From positions 19,096,001-19,160,000 of the forward strand of contig OX597815.1 of the NCBI GenBank assembly GCA_951406725.2: a stretch of 64,000 nucleotides of DNA, given 5' to 3'. Shown one piece after another: positions 14,372 to 29,075 of the stretch. Under the pieces are notes generated by a model that saw nothing but the letters and a program-made list of their open reading frames with translations, did no database searches and had not been told where the DNA came from. The DNA comes from Octopus vulgaris (Eukaryota). The stretch's first letter is position 1, and every line of letters starts with the position of its first letter. A program made the position numbers and the translations under genes.

Positions 14372-14697
14372 GTGAGGGCGCGTGGCTTAGTGGTTAGGGC
14401 ATTCGGCTCATGATTGTAAGGTTGTGAGTTCGATTCCCGGCGACGCGTTGTGTCCTTGAGCAAGACACTTTATTTCACGTTGCTCCAGTCCACTCAGCTG
14501 GCAAAAATGAGTTGTACTTGTATTTCAAAGGGTCAGCCTTGTCACTCTCTGTGTCACGCTGATTATCCCCGAGAACTACGTTAAGGGTACACGTGTCTGT
14601 GGAATGCTCAGCCATTTGCACGTTAATTTCACGAGCAAGCTGTTCCGTTGATCGTATCAGCTGGGACCCTCGTCGTCGCAACCGGCGGAGTCTTTTT
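14372..14697 (+). mobile_element. tRNA-derived SINE (CORE-like segment + tail B) with 24-bp TSD
   Basis: A-box tggcttagtgg, B-box gagttcgattcc, tgtgtccttgagcaagacactt; perfect TSD tacaaatgttatttcatccaaata at 14348-14371 and 14698-14721. Confidence 0.93.
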
Positions 14698-14975
14698 TAC
14701 AAATGTTATTTCATCCAAATAAAGAGAAACTGAGAAATGCGGGAATTGAAAATATCTAAACACTGGTGTACAACTTAGTTACTAGAATGTGGCTGGATTA
14801 TCGTAAACGTTCTGCCTAACAGAGCAGTATGACTGGAAACCGACTTCGAAGTCTCAGAGAAAATATATTCGCAACATAGTTGGAATATTTATATTCAAGT
14901 ATGGGGAGGGTACTGAATTGCAACAGAGTATCCCATAAGTTTGACTGCACGATGATTATATTTGTAATCAGAAAG

Positions 14976-15206
14976 GGCGGCGAGCTGGCAGAAACGTCAG
15001 CACGCCGGGCGAAATGCGCAGCCGTATTTCGTCTGCCGTTACGTTCTGGGTTCACATTCCGCCGAGGTCGACTTTGCCTTTCATCCTTTCGAGGTCGATA
15101 AATTAAGCACCAGATACGCACTGGGGTCGATGTAATCGGCTTATTCCGTTTGTCTGTCCTTGTTTATCCCCACTGTGTTTAGCCCCTTGTGGATATTAAA
15201 GAAATA
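14976..15206 (+). mobile_element. SINE family A monomer with 19-bp TSD
   Basis: ggcggcgagctggcagaaacg...gcctttcatcctttcgaggtcgataaa...aaagaaata; TSD tatatttgta(a/g)tcagaaag at 14957-14975 and 15207-15225. Confidence 0.93.
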
Positions 15207-15879
15207 TATATTTGTAGTCAGAAAGAGGGTGAAAGATCAGTCACTGGTGTGCAGACTCAGAGATGTTGATTTATTGCGAATGCATTATTATGCTGTCACA
15301 ATTAAAACGTTTGTGTTAGAGGGAAGCTATCTCTGGAGTAAGAGAGATCAGAGGCGAAATACAGCTTCTGCTAAAAGAAGTGTTCGAATAACCAATAATT
15401 TAGCAGACTTCAGATGTCAGAGATTTTATCGATATAAAATACACTCGGTTGTCTTATTTAACCAGTTATCATATATAGAAGTAACTGTGGATAAAGGGGC
15501 AAAAGGAGAATTAAGAGGTGATAAACATTTTAAGGATGTTTGAGGAGTAGCTACAGATAATATAGCTTTGGAAGTTTGCTCCTGATGAAAAGATTTAGTT
15601 CCTGAGTCCATTGTATCACATTTGGAGAAGCGCTAGTCGTTTCAGGTGAAGACACTGAAAATGAAAGAAACAGGTGAAGTGACTCGAGATGGCTGCCTCA
15701 CTAAATGGAAGATAACCATGTAACCGAACAATTGAAAATGATCAAAAGAGTTTTGGGAACGTCAGAGACACACGTTTTAAAAACAAATTAGCATTAGCAT
15801 ACAGACGCTCCTCCACATCTTCCTGTACACGCATAAATAGCCATTTTTATTGCACATGATATATATATATATATGTATG

Positions 15880-15918
<39 letters not shown>

Positions 15919-17376
15919 ATGTATGTATGCATATATATATGTATATGTATATATAAAATATATGCATGTATGTGTATGCATGAATATACATATATATATA
16001 TATATATATATTTGTGTGTGTGTGTGTGTGTGTATGTGTGTGTGTGTGTATATATGTTTATATGTGTGCGTGTTTATATACATATATTATATTACATGTA
16101 TATATGTGTTTTATATAAATATATGTCTGTATTTTATGTACATACGGGTTTTCAATATGTGTGTACACATAAATGTGTGTGTTTGCTTTACTTCCGACTT
16201 GTGATAAACTCGACAATATTGCGTTGTCTTCTATACTCCATATGCCTTTCATATCTTCGATTGATCGCTACATTACAGTATTTGTATGCTATCTCTTTCT
16301 CCTTTTCTTTCCCAGTAAAATGAGTTGACTTTCTATTAAATTAATCTTATTTTCTTCGTGGAAATCTTCATAAAATCTTTATGAAATATAAGAAGAAGAA
16401 ACAATGTAATATCCTGTTTGGTGTAAACAAGAAACGATTTTAGTTTCCATCTTTCTGAAACACTACTTCAATCTAACTACAAGCGGTGCTAGTGAGAATG
16501 CAATAGGAATAATGAAACAAACTTCTGAAGTCCAGCAGGAATTGTTGAAATGAGGTTCACAATATAGTGTTGCTTATTTCGAATGGTGTTAAGATTAAGA
16601 AAATCATTAAATACTTTAAGTGATTTAAAGAATTATGCATAAATAAGGAGAACTGGAATTATATATGGTGTGTGAAGAATAGAACACTTTTCGATACTTA
16701 ATAAGCCTTTGATTAGCCATTTATCTTAATATTGTAAGCAGACTCAATACACTGCTTATTTTAACACTACAAACACCTAGACTCAGCGTGGCTCATTCTA
16801 TTGCTAGTATTTATAGCAGACACTTATTTTACTCTCCTCTTGTATTTTTCTCATACTTATTCAAGCGGAGCATTAATATCACCAGTCTCAGAGGACCTGA
16901 AAGTATTATAAGCAACGCCTATCTTATTCTAAATAATAACAAAATATTTTTTTAAAATCCTAAATGTAGCGGAGATAAGTAAATATTTGTTTTACTTCCA
17001 AATATAGACGACAATAACTATGCTTGACAATATTCTGCAGAATAACCGTCCTCTTCCGGATAGTGAGAAAAGCAATTTCTATGTAGCTCCAATATTAACT
17101 AAATTTGTAAAATCTTTTCTCTATTAAACATATTTCTTGCTTTCCTTTGTCATTTCAATTTTCTTTAGTTTCATATCTGAAAGTCTTAACCCTAGAGACA
17201 TGTTTTTGAAGTGCTATTATAAAACCAACACTTTTTCCATCGGGAATAAATTAGTGTTATAAAGATGGCTTTAAGCAACCGTTTACACATTTTTCTAATG
17301 AACTTTTAAAGCTACGTGAGAAGTTCCTGAAATTATGTATTTTCAGAACGTTTTACATATATCTGTAAGCCTCATT

Positions 17377-17963
17377 CTCTAGTAGCCTGGTGTTCTTACA
17401 TACGCAAGGATTTTCAATTTCCTTGAATGTATTTTCTTTTCCACTCTTCTCTTCAAAACTGATACCATTTAGTTAGAACTAGCTCTTGTATTTCAGTTAT
17501 ACGTAATAATAAATCTCAAAATTTATCAAGCTGTTTCACCAGATTCGTTAGAAAATACAGATTTATGTATCTTTTAGTATTTCAGGTAATCGTTTTTCAA
17601 TTATAATACATTCGTACTTGGTTATTTGTTTAGTTAGTATAAGATATTTTAATGCATAACATTGATTCATCTCTAGTAGCCTGGTGTTCTTACATACGCA
17701 AGGATTTTCAATTTCCTTGAATGTATTTCCTTTTCCACTCTTCTCTTCAAAACTGATACCATTTAGTTAGAACTGGCTCTTGGATTTCAGTTATACGCAA
17801 TAATAAATCTCAAAATTTATCAAGCTATTTTACAGATTCATTAGAAAATACAGATGTATGTATCGTTTCATATTTCAGGTAATCGTTTTTCAATTATAAT
17901 ACATTCGTACTAGGTTATTTGTTTAGTTAGTATAAGATCTTTTAATGCATAACGTTGATTCAT
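17377..17963. repeat. ~294-bp tandem duplication (2 copies)
   Basis: ctctagtagcctggtg... at 17377-17670 and 17671-17963, near-identical with scattered substitutions. Confidence 0.95.
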
Positions 17964-19296
17964 TAATTTAATTTCTTTAAGTAACGTGCATTGAACTATT
18001 CTGTGATTTTTCTTAAACATTTCTACGTTTAAAAGAACTCCAATATGGAAACGATAGTACAGATTGTGATGACGATGATGCAGATAAACTTTCTTTAGGA
18101 GCCATAAAATTTGTTCCAAATCATGGGACGTTATTTAAAAAATCAGGCTAGACAGGATGAATGAGGATTTTCGTTACGTACGTTTGTAGCAATCAGGATA
18201 GATAAGTAATGTAACACGTATCTCAGCACCGGTTCTCTCTTAACAAAAATACTGCAAGCATTTAAACTAAACATTAAAAAAAAGAACTGAGAACTTTTGA
18301 GCAGTATTTTGAAGTGATACACTCTATTACGTATCTCCAGTATATCTAACATATATACGCTATGTATAAGAAATGCTTGGAGAAAATAAAACTAAGAAAA
18401 AATATCAATGCAAATATATTTGTGAGTGTACGCAGATTTAGTATAAGCAATAACAATAAGCAAGAAAACTGAAAACATAAAAGTCATATATATTGTAAAA
18501 GAAAACCGTCAACTGATTACAAAAATATGGCCGATCACGAAAAGCATAAGAGAACCTCCCACATAAAAAAAAAACATATAAGGACAAAAGAAATAGAACA
18601 CCATAAGAGACAACTGCACGAAAATGTGACCTCAAAACACGGTGAAAGTAGTACTGGGCACACCAGAAAAAAACAAAACGTTAGAACAAATCAATAGTAG
18701 ACAAAACAACAAAGTAATTCAAATCCAAAATGATTATGAAGAATATAGAAGTTATCATGGTTACACTAACCAAATTGTCGCTATACTTAAATAACAAGCA
18801 CATTTTAAAAACTACTTTGCACAGCAGATCAATGAGAATTAACAATGAGAAGTACCTAGCAGAAATAATTTTTAAAAATATGATAGAATTGGAAAAAACT
18901 TGATGAACATGGAGAAATGTAAGTTTTTGACAAGATAGTAAACTACTCAGATATCGACATATTTAAAGATCTAATCTATTTGGTAACAAGCGTGGTATCG
19001 AGAGAAATTGGTCTTGATATAAACTACCCATTTATAGACAAAATTTATTAAAAATATTCCTCAATAAAGAAAAAAAAAACAGAAAATGCCTATCCTTATT
19101 AATAGAAGTGGAAAACATGGTATCTATCATGGGCAAAAAAGAAATGTAAACAACTAAGTTAAAAACAAAAGGAAAGTTTAAAGAGATGACATCTACAAAA
19201 TTATGCAGGAGTTGCTTCTAGAACTAAATATTTACATAATAACCAAAATATCGTACATGAACGTTAAGAAAGAAGAAACATAATGCAGGATTATAT

Positions 19297-19678
19297 TATT
19301 TCTTTATTGCCCACAAGGGGCTAAACATAGAGGAGTCATCGACTCCAGTGCGTAACTGGTACTTATTTAGTCGACCCCGAAAGGATGAAAGGCAAAGTCG
19401 ACCTCGGTGGAATTTGAACTCAGAACGTTACTGCAGACGAAATACCTATTTCTTTGCTACCCACAAGGGGCTAAACACAGAGGGGACAAACAAGGACAGA
19501 CAAACGGATTAAGACGATTACATCGACCCCAGTGCGTAAATGGTACTTAATTTATCGACCCCCGAAAGGATGAAAGGCAAAGTCGACCTCGGCGGAATTT
19601 GAACTCAGAACGTAACGACAGACGAAACACGGCTAAGCATTTCGCCCGGCATGCTAACGTTTCTGCCAGCTCGCCGCC
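19297..19678 (-). mobile_element. SINE family A dimer with TSD
   Basis: Full unit plus 5'-truncated second unit; TSD cataatgcaggat at 19279-19291 and 19682-19694. Confidence 0.92.
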
Positions 19679-21196
19679 TTTCATAATGCAGGATGATATA
19701 TCATCATAAACAGTAAGTCAAGCACACTGGGAAAGAATATGAAGCAGTTATTTAATGTACAAAAATTCCTTATAGGAGCAGAAGAGAAAACTATTACAGC
19801 TCAAGCACAGCTTGATGTAACAAGCAAGAGACTCAGCAACAGATTAAAACTTACAAGTAACTAAAAGGCTCCTAACATTAGCAAAGTTCTTAATTTCTAA
19901 CAGCAGCTCTACAGGCGGCAGCATTAAAATAACTTGTTTAAAAAAAACGACAAAACGGAATTAAAAACTGACTGGTTGCTGTAGGAGGAAAAAATAATTA
20001 TTTCCTCCATAATAGAGATCATTAGAACGTTGAGTAACCATGTAGGTGCTTCTGCGTTATGGCTTTTGTGAAGATGAAATAGGTGAGATGTGAGATGTGG
20101 TCCGTTGTAGCTTGTAACAGATGTAGTAGTAGTAGTGTAGGGTGATCTAAAACGGCATAATTTACCACCTTCTGTTAAATCTCATTGTTTTGCCAGAAGT
20201 TATCAAATTTAGCATCGGTTACAGATTAACAAAGTCTATGTTTGAAGTTTGGTTACTTATTTCAGCTCCACTGAATCATGTCTTCATTTACTATTTGTTC
20301 GTTTTCTTTCTTTTCGTCTTTTTTTGTTTTGTATTAACATGACATTGGCGTATGTCCTTAGAATTATTCTCCTCTTGGACTGCCATCGTCTCTTCGAGAA
20401 AAATGATCACGTATATCACGTCTGCTCTTTTTATTTGAAAGCTCGTCACAATATATATCTAAAAGAAAATAAAGTTCGCAACTAAATCAACTTTCACTTT
20501 CACACATTGCTATATATCGAGAAATATAATATGCTTGATTATCTAGTGCAGTGACGAAGCCTGATTAAATTTCATTCTGAAGCACGTTATTGTCTTCATA
20601 CAACAGGCAAAGGTGTTTTAATTGTCACCTCTTTTGGAGTTAAAATATATACAACGAATGAAAAAACAGAGTGAAATACAAAATTCTTACTATCACATCA
20701 CAATCTAGTCAACTACAACACATACTTCAAATAACCAATGAAATATATAAATTTCAATGTAAAAGGAAAAGTTGTAAACTTCACGATTCAAATTGTTACA
20801 TCCAATATACAAATGTGACAATTTCTTTTCTACTGACAAGAAATGATTGCATCCATTTTACTGTATATAATATAAGAATTGGAATGAAAAACCTCTTGTT
20901 GACAGCGTTATAATTCAATATAGAAATCTATCAATGTTACAAGAGGGTGTACATCACATGAAAATATATCGCGTGAATTATTCCAAAATCATTTATGCAT
21001 GTATTCGTATATGTATATATACGTGAAGCTATACATACATATGACAAACTTTGTTGGGCAATATATGGATTCATAGAATCTTGCGGCTATCACAGAAAGT
21101 TACTCTAGTGAATTCGTCTATCATATCACTTGGTATTCCAATATGGAGGATTATAATGCAGATTTCAATTCAGGTGAAATCCAAGAAATGAAATAG

Positions 21197-21536
21197 GTTA
21201 AGTTAGTTAAGTTAAGTTAATTTTTTGGCTCAAAAAGCAAAAAAAAGGCCATGTAGGGGGACATGGTGTTATGTACAGGGTGGTGTTCATGCAAAGAGTT
21301 CAGGCCATTTGTGGTCAAGGGAGACTTTGAACCGAGCGTTCGTCGGCATCTTCACTATCTCGTCCGGCAGCTTATTCCACGGATCCGCAACCCGGACGGA
21401 GAAAGCCCCTCTCCTTCGATTGAGATGAAATCGTCGCAGATAGAGCTTTTCGGAGTGACCCCACAGCCGACGCTCTGGAGCAGGAGTGAAGAATAGCTCT
21501 TTCGAGAGGTTACACTTTCCGCTTATGATGTTGTGA
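21197..21536 (-). mobile_element. CR1-clade LINE 3' end with (TTAAC)n tail
   Basis: Minus strand translates HNIISGKCNLSKELFFTPAPERRLWGHSEKLYLRRFHLNRRRGAFSVRVADPWNKLPDEIVKMPTNARFKVSLDHKWPELFA*, the CR1 ORF2 C-terminal signature (GH..KL...FS.RV...WN.LP...FK..LD), followed by a short UTR and repeat tail. Confidence 0.88.
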
Positions 21537-21849
21537 AACCATAAAAAATCAACATATGAGAAGTGATTATATTTACTTCACCACTTGTTATCCTTAATAT
21601 TACAGCTGTTTCGCAGCCTTCATCATGTAATAATAATTTCAGTGCATAATAATTTATTTTACATGATATGTCTGTACGAATATGCATGCCACACATTGTA
21701 CCAAACAACTGTAGATTTTTAGATCAATGAAAATAGCATAAACTGCAATATTAATTTTTTAGTCAACTCTATGTGTTAATAACTTAATAACATAGACAAA
21801 TTGAGTAAATAATTTTTAATTTCTAAAATTATTATATATATTCTATAAA

Positions 21850-23550
21850 TCTCATCTATTGAAGTTACTAAGTTGTATGTATACTCCGCAATAATTTTAG
21901 GGATTTAGCTATTTTCATATCTGTTTCTATGATGGTTGTACTCTATCTAATCTTTTTCAATACTCTATAAATGCCTTTATATAAGCCTAAATTGTTGTAC
22001 ACCTATAAAGTCATACTTAGCTTATAATAAACAATATAGGTATCTTCAAAAAATTTTGAAAATTTAAATGCCAAAATTTTAACTGCCTGAATTAAGATTT
22101 AACTCATTTATAATTTGTAATACATTTGTTCTCTTATCTAAATGGTATTCTAAATAGTTTCAGTAATAAGATTTTTCATCCCCTTTTCTTAAAATGCCTT
22201 ATCCCCCTAATTTTGATATTTGTATTGATTTTAAATAGCCCCTTCAAATATGAACTTTTTAGAAACAAAAATAGTACTTATATCTCCACTAAATTTTTAA
22301 TTTGAATTAAATATATTAATTAAATTTGAATTAAATCAGTATATAGTGGACGTATTTTTTAACCTCAGTTACCCTTATTAAGTATTAAAAATTAGTTAAA
22401 TCCATTTGACCAATCTTCACAGAAATCTTATATTCAGGAAAGTTTTTAGATAAGTTATAAAGTATATAAGCATTAATCTATTTCTATTTCTCTTTATTTC
22501 TATTTATTTTTATTTTTACTTTCTTTGCATTTTTCTGTTACCTCCCTTCCGTTGTAGTTAGAGGATTTTGGTATACAAGTCAATAGCGTTATCCCGTTTG
22601 TTAAAATTCTCATTCTAAATATTCTTCTAAATTACCCTAATTTATATTTTATAACCTTATACAACATGATAACATTGTTTAAAAAGTTTTTGAAGGGATT
22701 ACTTGATTTCTCTTTCTCTCAAATAGCTCTACCCTCCCGATCTTAGTATGTATAAAGAACTTTATATAAAAAACATTTCTAAATAAGTAACAATTAGAAA
22801 ATATAAATATCATGTAAGGTTTAATAATAACAATTTCTTAAACCTATACTATGACCCTTAACTTAATAAAAAGATTTGTTGATAATAAAATTTTTGTTCC
22901 ATAATTTAATTATTTCTTTACCCGACATTAAACATCAGTCTTTTATAGATATTTTCGTGACAAGTAAATATAAGTTTTAGTCTAACATTTTGAATTATTA
23001 AATTTTTTCTAATAAATTATCTTACCTATTGATGTAAATAAGCTAAATATACCTTACCATAGTTTTGGTATATAAATCATTTTACCCCTTGTCTATAATG
23101 TTCTACAAATGATTATGTTTTTTTTCTTTTTTTATTTTATTTTATTTTAAAACTAGTCTCTTATTTATTTATTTGCTATATTGCTCTATGTCATAAATCT
23201 CTATAAATTTCATACTCAGCTTATATAAACCTAAGCTGGTACATTCACTATTTAAAATAAAAAAAATATTCTTAGACTAAAATTGTTAATATTTAATATA
23301 TAAATTTTAGCATATTCCTTTACCTTAATTTTCCTTTATTAATACCAATAATTACCATTTATTAAATAATTAAAAATATATGTTAATCAATATTAAATAT
23401 ATAAATATGGAACTATTTCTATATTTTCTGACCCTCTATTGTTTAAAAATGTTGATATATACTGAAAGTATTCAAAAATATTCTTCTTAGTATTTTTTCG
23501 ATTAACTCTAAAATGTATCTGTGTATATACAAATAACATTGTTTTATAGT
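21850..23550 (-). pseudogene. Extremely AT-rich decayed Penelope-like RT + GIY-YIG relic
   Basis: Ordered minus-strand remnants: NNRGS (~23430), NVP (~23245), GKVY..TSIG (~23040), LHDIYIF (~22810, cf. VDDIF), IVYYKLS..DFIG (~22020, cf. VY...YIG). Confidence 0.45.
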
Positions 23551-24107
23551 AGGTAAATGTACTGCTACTATATGAAATAATTCTATCTGTCCCATAAGTA
23601 TTGGTCTACAAAATAGCAGCCAAAATCTTGTCTGAAGTATATTCTTACTGAACCATATGGCTTTGCTTCAAAGAAATCTTGATTTATGGCTCTACCACTT
23701 AAATTGTCTATCTATTTTGCCCTATCCATGAAGGATACTACACTCTGTCTTCTCTTAGATTTGATAAACTAGCCTATAAATTAAAACTGACCCCCCCCAC
23801 CCACCCATTAGTAAATCTTTCTTAGCCTTGAAAAATCTCAGATACAACGGTGATGTTATTGGTAAAGCATGTTCTTTGTCTATCTCCTTATCCTCTTGGC
23901 GATTTTGGATAAAAAATATACAAATGAGTCCTTCGAATTTAACTATATTCTATATTTTTATGCAGCTGAAGATTGCTCTACATTTTAAATTGATGTAATG
24001 TTTGCATTGTTCAATTAAATGGAGTCGCACGAAACGATCGTACTGCATTACCTCTGGATATCCTTGTTGCTTATTTTGATTTTATATATATATATATATA
24101 TATATAT

Positions 24108-25800
24108 TGTGAAGTATATTTGCCACCTAAATGTGGCTGACCCATATAGGATGATGCTACTGTAGTTTATAGCCCCAAGAAGACATCTCCTCCAGCTGCT
24201 CTTCACTCAACAGAACATCAAGTTCCTTCTTTAATCTATTCAACAGGACAATGCAAAGAACTTTAGCAGGCTGGTATAAAAGTGTAATTCCGCACCAGAT
24301 GTTACAGTCCTCCAGATAACATTTTTTGAGCTAGTGGGATCATCATTCCAAGCCTCCAGTCAACGTTGAACAATTGTGTCAGATATTGTACAACTGCTTC
24401 CTGGCTATGCTTTAAATGTGTGGTTGATATCTCAGCTGCTTTTTTGTACTTCAAATTGAATTTGCCTTGTCCACTCTGCTGTTATATCAGTCATGCTGAT
24501 GTTCAGTTCAATCATCATTGTCTCGTTGCCCACTTTACAATTAGTTCCTGGAATTGGCTTACTGGAAGCTTCACGAAAGTACTCTTTCTTGTGTATTACT
24601 TGTTTCTCTACCGATGTGAGCATTTCATCATCCTTAGCCTTGATTGGCACACTGGAATTACTCCATACACTTGGTAACTCGCGCACGATTTATATAGACG
24701 TTACGAGTCATTTCTGTTTGCAGCTTCTAGAGCTGCCATACCTTTGTTTTCTAGACACTGCTGTTTATCTCTTCTACACTTGTTCTCCACTTCCCGATCA
24801 GATCTGCCTAATGTGACTTTGCCCTTTCCGTTACAACCTTTTGAAACCGCTTCCGCTGCTCATCAATATCGTTAGTATGATGACACAGTGCTTCAAATCT
24901 GATGTTCACGTCGACCTGATATTGTCTCTGTGTTTACAAGACTTTGATGTATACCATCCCAAACGGCTTGTTTTCATTGATCACTTTTGTTCTTTTCCGA
25001 CACAGTTGTGGTCCGATCCAATCTCTGCCCCTCTGTAACTTCGATCGTTCACCATCGATGATCACCAGCGTTTGGTGATGCAAATGTAGTCTGGGGATTT
25101 CCATATTATCTTGTCGATACACTCGTGTTCAAAGGTGTTCCCAATACTATGTCTCACGCGCCAATCAGCAGCGGCATTCTATTCTCATTGTTGCTGGTCT
25201 CATTCCTACCAGAGCTGGAATGAGCCGCCAGTTAGGATCCAATTGAAAATTGAAATCATCAACGACAAGCTTGAGGTCATTGTTCAATATTTCCTTAAGC
25301 AACTTCTGGCGGTGCTCATAGAAGTTATCTTGCTTATTGTCTCCCGCAGCTTCAGTTACAGTTGGTACATACTCAAGAACTATGGTAAATTTCCAGTGTC
25401 TGATTTGAAAGTGCGCTGTTATAATCTGCTCATTTATCGGCTTGCAGCCAACCAGTTCAAAATAATGCCAACTCCATACATATTCTGGTCCTTCATACAT
25501 AAATACAGTATCTTATTTTCATTTAATATAATACGACAATACGAAGAATGCCAAGAATGTCCAAATTTTAATTCTGCACTTCTCCAATCACTTGACTTAT
25601 CTTTCCACTTTGGTATAATGTCTATACATTCCATTTTGAAATTGCAATGATAGATTTGGTGTAGAAAATCTGATCTTCAAGATCCAGATTTCCTTCCGGC
25701 TTTGACAAGCATCCGGTATGCTATCCTGAGATGGCATATTTTCACTTCTATGGTCATCAGGAAAGTTTTTAAGAAGTGGGGTTGCTAGTATCGCCTTTAT
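24108..25800 (-). mobile_element. Degenerate RTE-clade LINE (APE endonuclease + start of RT)
   Basis: GVGIILN (ORF 25434..25634); PINEQIITAHF...YVPT..A.D.KQDNFY...VVDDFN (ORF 25165..25500); near 24300 DCN.W.GITLL..PAKV...VLLNRLK across broken frames. Confidence 0.85.
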
Positions 25801-26214
25801 TTAAACGGTCCTTGAATCGCTTGTGTCATCGAAAGACAGACGTCCGATACCAGAAGCTTAATTCATAAGCAGTGTGGAACATTTCATATGTCTCTGTAAC
25901 GTTTTTGCCCAGTTTAACACAGTATTTTATTGCATGATCAGCATCTGAATTGCTCTCACCTCCCAACTGCATTTTGCAAAATAGACAGTTAAGGCAAGCA
26001 GTAATTAGTAGAGTGTGTTTGAAGAGCTATCACAGCCGTCTGATACAATCTGGAATAAACAAAAAAAAAAAAGGAAGTTGACAGTTCAGTTTAATAGATG
26101 TATAGTTACGATTTACAAAAACTACAATAATTTGGAAATTTGAAGTCGTTGCTGTACAAGACACTTTGAAATATATATTCCAATTTTTATGCAATAGATT
26201 ACAAATAGCAAAAA

Positions 26215-26259
<45 letters not shown>

Positions 26260-26313
26260 TATATATACATACATATATACATATTACATATACATACATA
26301 TATACATATATAC

Positions 26314-26371
<58 letters not shown>

Positions 26372-26701
26372 GTATATATATATATATGTATATATATGTA
26401 TGTATGTATAATATTGGAAGTAATAATGGATACGGCTAGAACAAGTAAGCAACAAAACAACGATGAAAACAAAAGAGCTCTACTCAATTTATATCACTCA
26501 ATCTCACTCCATATCTAATTAACGACCATCAACACCATCAAAGACAACATCACTGCTACGACTATAGTCTCTTTCCTCAAAGTTATTTCCCTTGGCGTCA
26601 CGGACTCATTACTTTAACGAGGCCGCTGCGATATCAACGTGTGAGGAGAGGCGTGTGTGTGTGTGTGTGCATGTATCTGTGTGTCTGCGTGTGTGTATGC
26701 A

Positions 26702-26736
<35 letters not shown>

Positions 26737-26826
26737 TTACACACAAAATAATAAATAAAACATATGCATATATACATACATATATGTACGTACCTACATC
26801 TATATGGATGTATAAATGCATATATG

Positions 26827-26877
<51 letters not shown>

Positions 26878-27487
26878 ACATACATATATATATGCATGTA
26901 TACGCATATATATATACTCACATTTATATGCTTTAATAAAACACGTCATATTCACACAGGCGCACATATATTATTATATATGCGCATGTACATCTATATG
27001 AATATCTATCCCTGTATTTCACTATCTTTCTCTCTCTCTTTCATTCTCTATCTCTATCTCTATTTTTATCTATACATATATATTTGTGAGTGTGTATACC
27101 TATATATATTTATATGTATGCATATACATATATATACACACAAACACATACATATATACATAATATTACATACATACATACGTACGTACGTACGTACGTA
27201 CGTGCGTACGTACATTAGACATGTGTGGTTGTGTAAGGACTATGATTCCTTTAATGTATTATTCTCCATCTCATTATTGTGCATTTAGAGAAGTTCTATT
27301 TTGAACGATCTAATACTGAACACTTAACCGCTGTACCCGGTAAGCAGTTCCATCATCCACACACATACATACGTTTATCAAAAAAAAAAAGGAAAAACAG
27401 AAAGAAATAGAAAAGAACTAACGGAAATACAACCTCCAAATTGGAAACAAGCAGGAAAGCACACAACGTCTAACATTTGCAGAATAT

Positions 27488-27563
<76 letters not shown>

Positions 27564-27572
27564 GTATGTATG

Positions 27573-27662
<90 letters not shown>

Positions 27663-27791
27663 TAGATAGACTGATAGAAGGAGAGAGAAAATAGTGAGCG
27701 AAAGACGAATACAGGAAGAGAGGGAGAGAAATATATGCATGTTTATGCACCTACATGTGTATATATATATATACATATATATTATTATATA

Positions 27792-27886
<95 letters not shown>

Positions 27887-28378
27887 ATACACGAATATAT
27901 GTATCATAATTTAGTATGCACATATCTATATATATGTACGCATGCATATATAATTAAGCATTTAAATATAAGTTTTTGTGTATGAATGTGTGTGTCTAAA
28001 ATCATCTATGTATGTGTCCATGTATGTATGTTTGCATATGTATTGTATGTAACTCCATGCTCCTCTACGCAAAATTTTATAGGCATATGAAATCTCAGTT
28101 CAGAAAAAAAAAAAAAGACTTTTTTTGATTCCTTCTGTATAATCGATGGAGCAGAACGGTCTATATTTGAAAAAGTTTCTCATCTCATGAAAAGAAATCG
28201 AATCAATCATTTCTAAAACCACAACAGTCATTTGCATATCGATTTTAAGACCAATAAAATAGTTTTTGCATTCATGAAAGAAAAATGTTCAGGCAAATTA
28301 TTTCCTGTTACACTGCGTGTCTATGCATTGGGTCAATTACAGAAAACGCATACAACTACACAGGCAGACATACGTGTG

Positions 28379-28443
<65 letters not shown>

Positions 28444-28628
28444 TTGCATGTATATAGATATATATATCTGGGGAGAGAGAGAGAGGGGGGAGGGAGGGAG
28501 AGAAGGTTGTAGATAAATGGATAGTTAAATATATATATATATATTATATATATATATTCACATTATATATATATATGGAGAGAGAGAGGGTGAGTGAGAG
28601 AGAGAGTAGCATATAAATAGATAGTTAG

Positions 28629-28679
<51 letters not shown>

Positions 28680-28833
28680 GATATATATATATAAGAGAGA
28701 GAGGGGGGAGGAGAGAAGGTTGTAGATAAATGGATAGTTAAATATATATATATATATTATATATATATATTCATATATATATATATATGGAGAGAGAGAG
28801 GGTGAGGAGAGAGAGATAGATATAAATAGATAG

Positions 28834-28875
<42 letters not shown>

Positions 28876-29032
28876 ATATATATACATATATATATATACA
28901 GAGAGATAGAGAAAAAGAAAGAGAAAGAGAGGGAGATGTGTGTTAGGTACATGTATATTTTTATATACCTATATGTATGTACACATATCTATATCTTTAT
29001 ATTTATTTATATAGATACATACATATATATGA

Positions 29033-29063
<31 letters not shown>

Positions 29064-29075
29064 AATATATGTGTG
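26215..29075. repeat. Dense cluster of (TA)n/(CATA)n/(GA)n compound microsatellites, including a ~210-bp duplicated compound unit at ~28498-28900
   Basis: gagagaaggttgtagataaatggatagttaaatata at 28498 and 28711, each followed by the same downstream blocks. Confidence 0.85.

Noticed and set aside
14816-15121. Recurrent small ORF MR(N/I)W.LI.RPRKDERQSRPRRN (also 34940, 38381, 63360, 63758)
   Set aside because: Antisense reading of SINE family A, not a gene family.
18600-20050. Possible decayed RTE-like LINE on the + strand around the SINE dimer
   Set aside because: Only faint motif echoes (W.E...QLFN, KAP); too weak to annotate.
21700-23550. Possible mitochondrial insertion (very AT-rich)
   Set aside because: No recognisable mitochondrial gene, rRNA or tRNA motifs; remnants fit a decayed PLE better.
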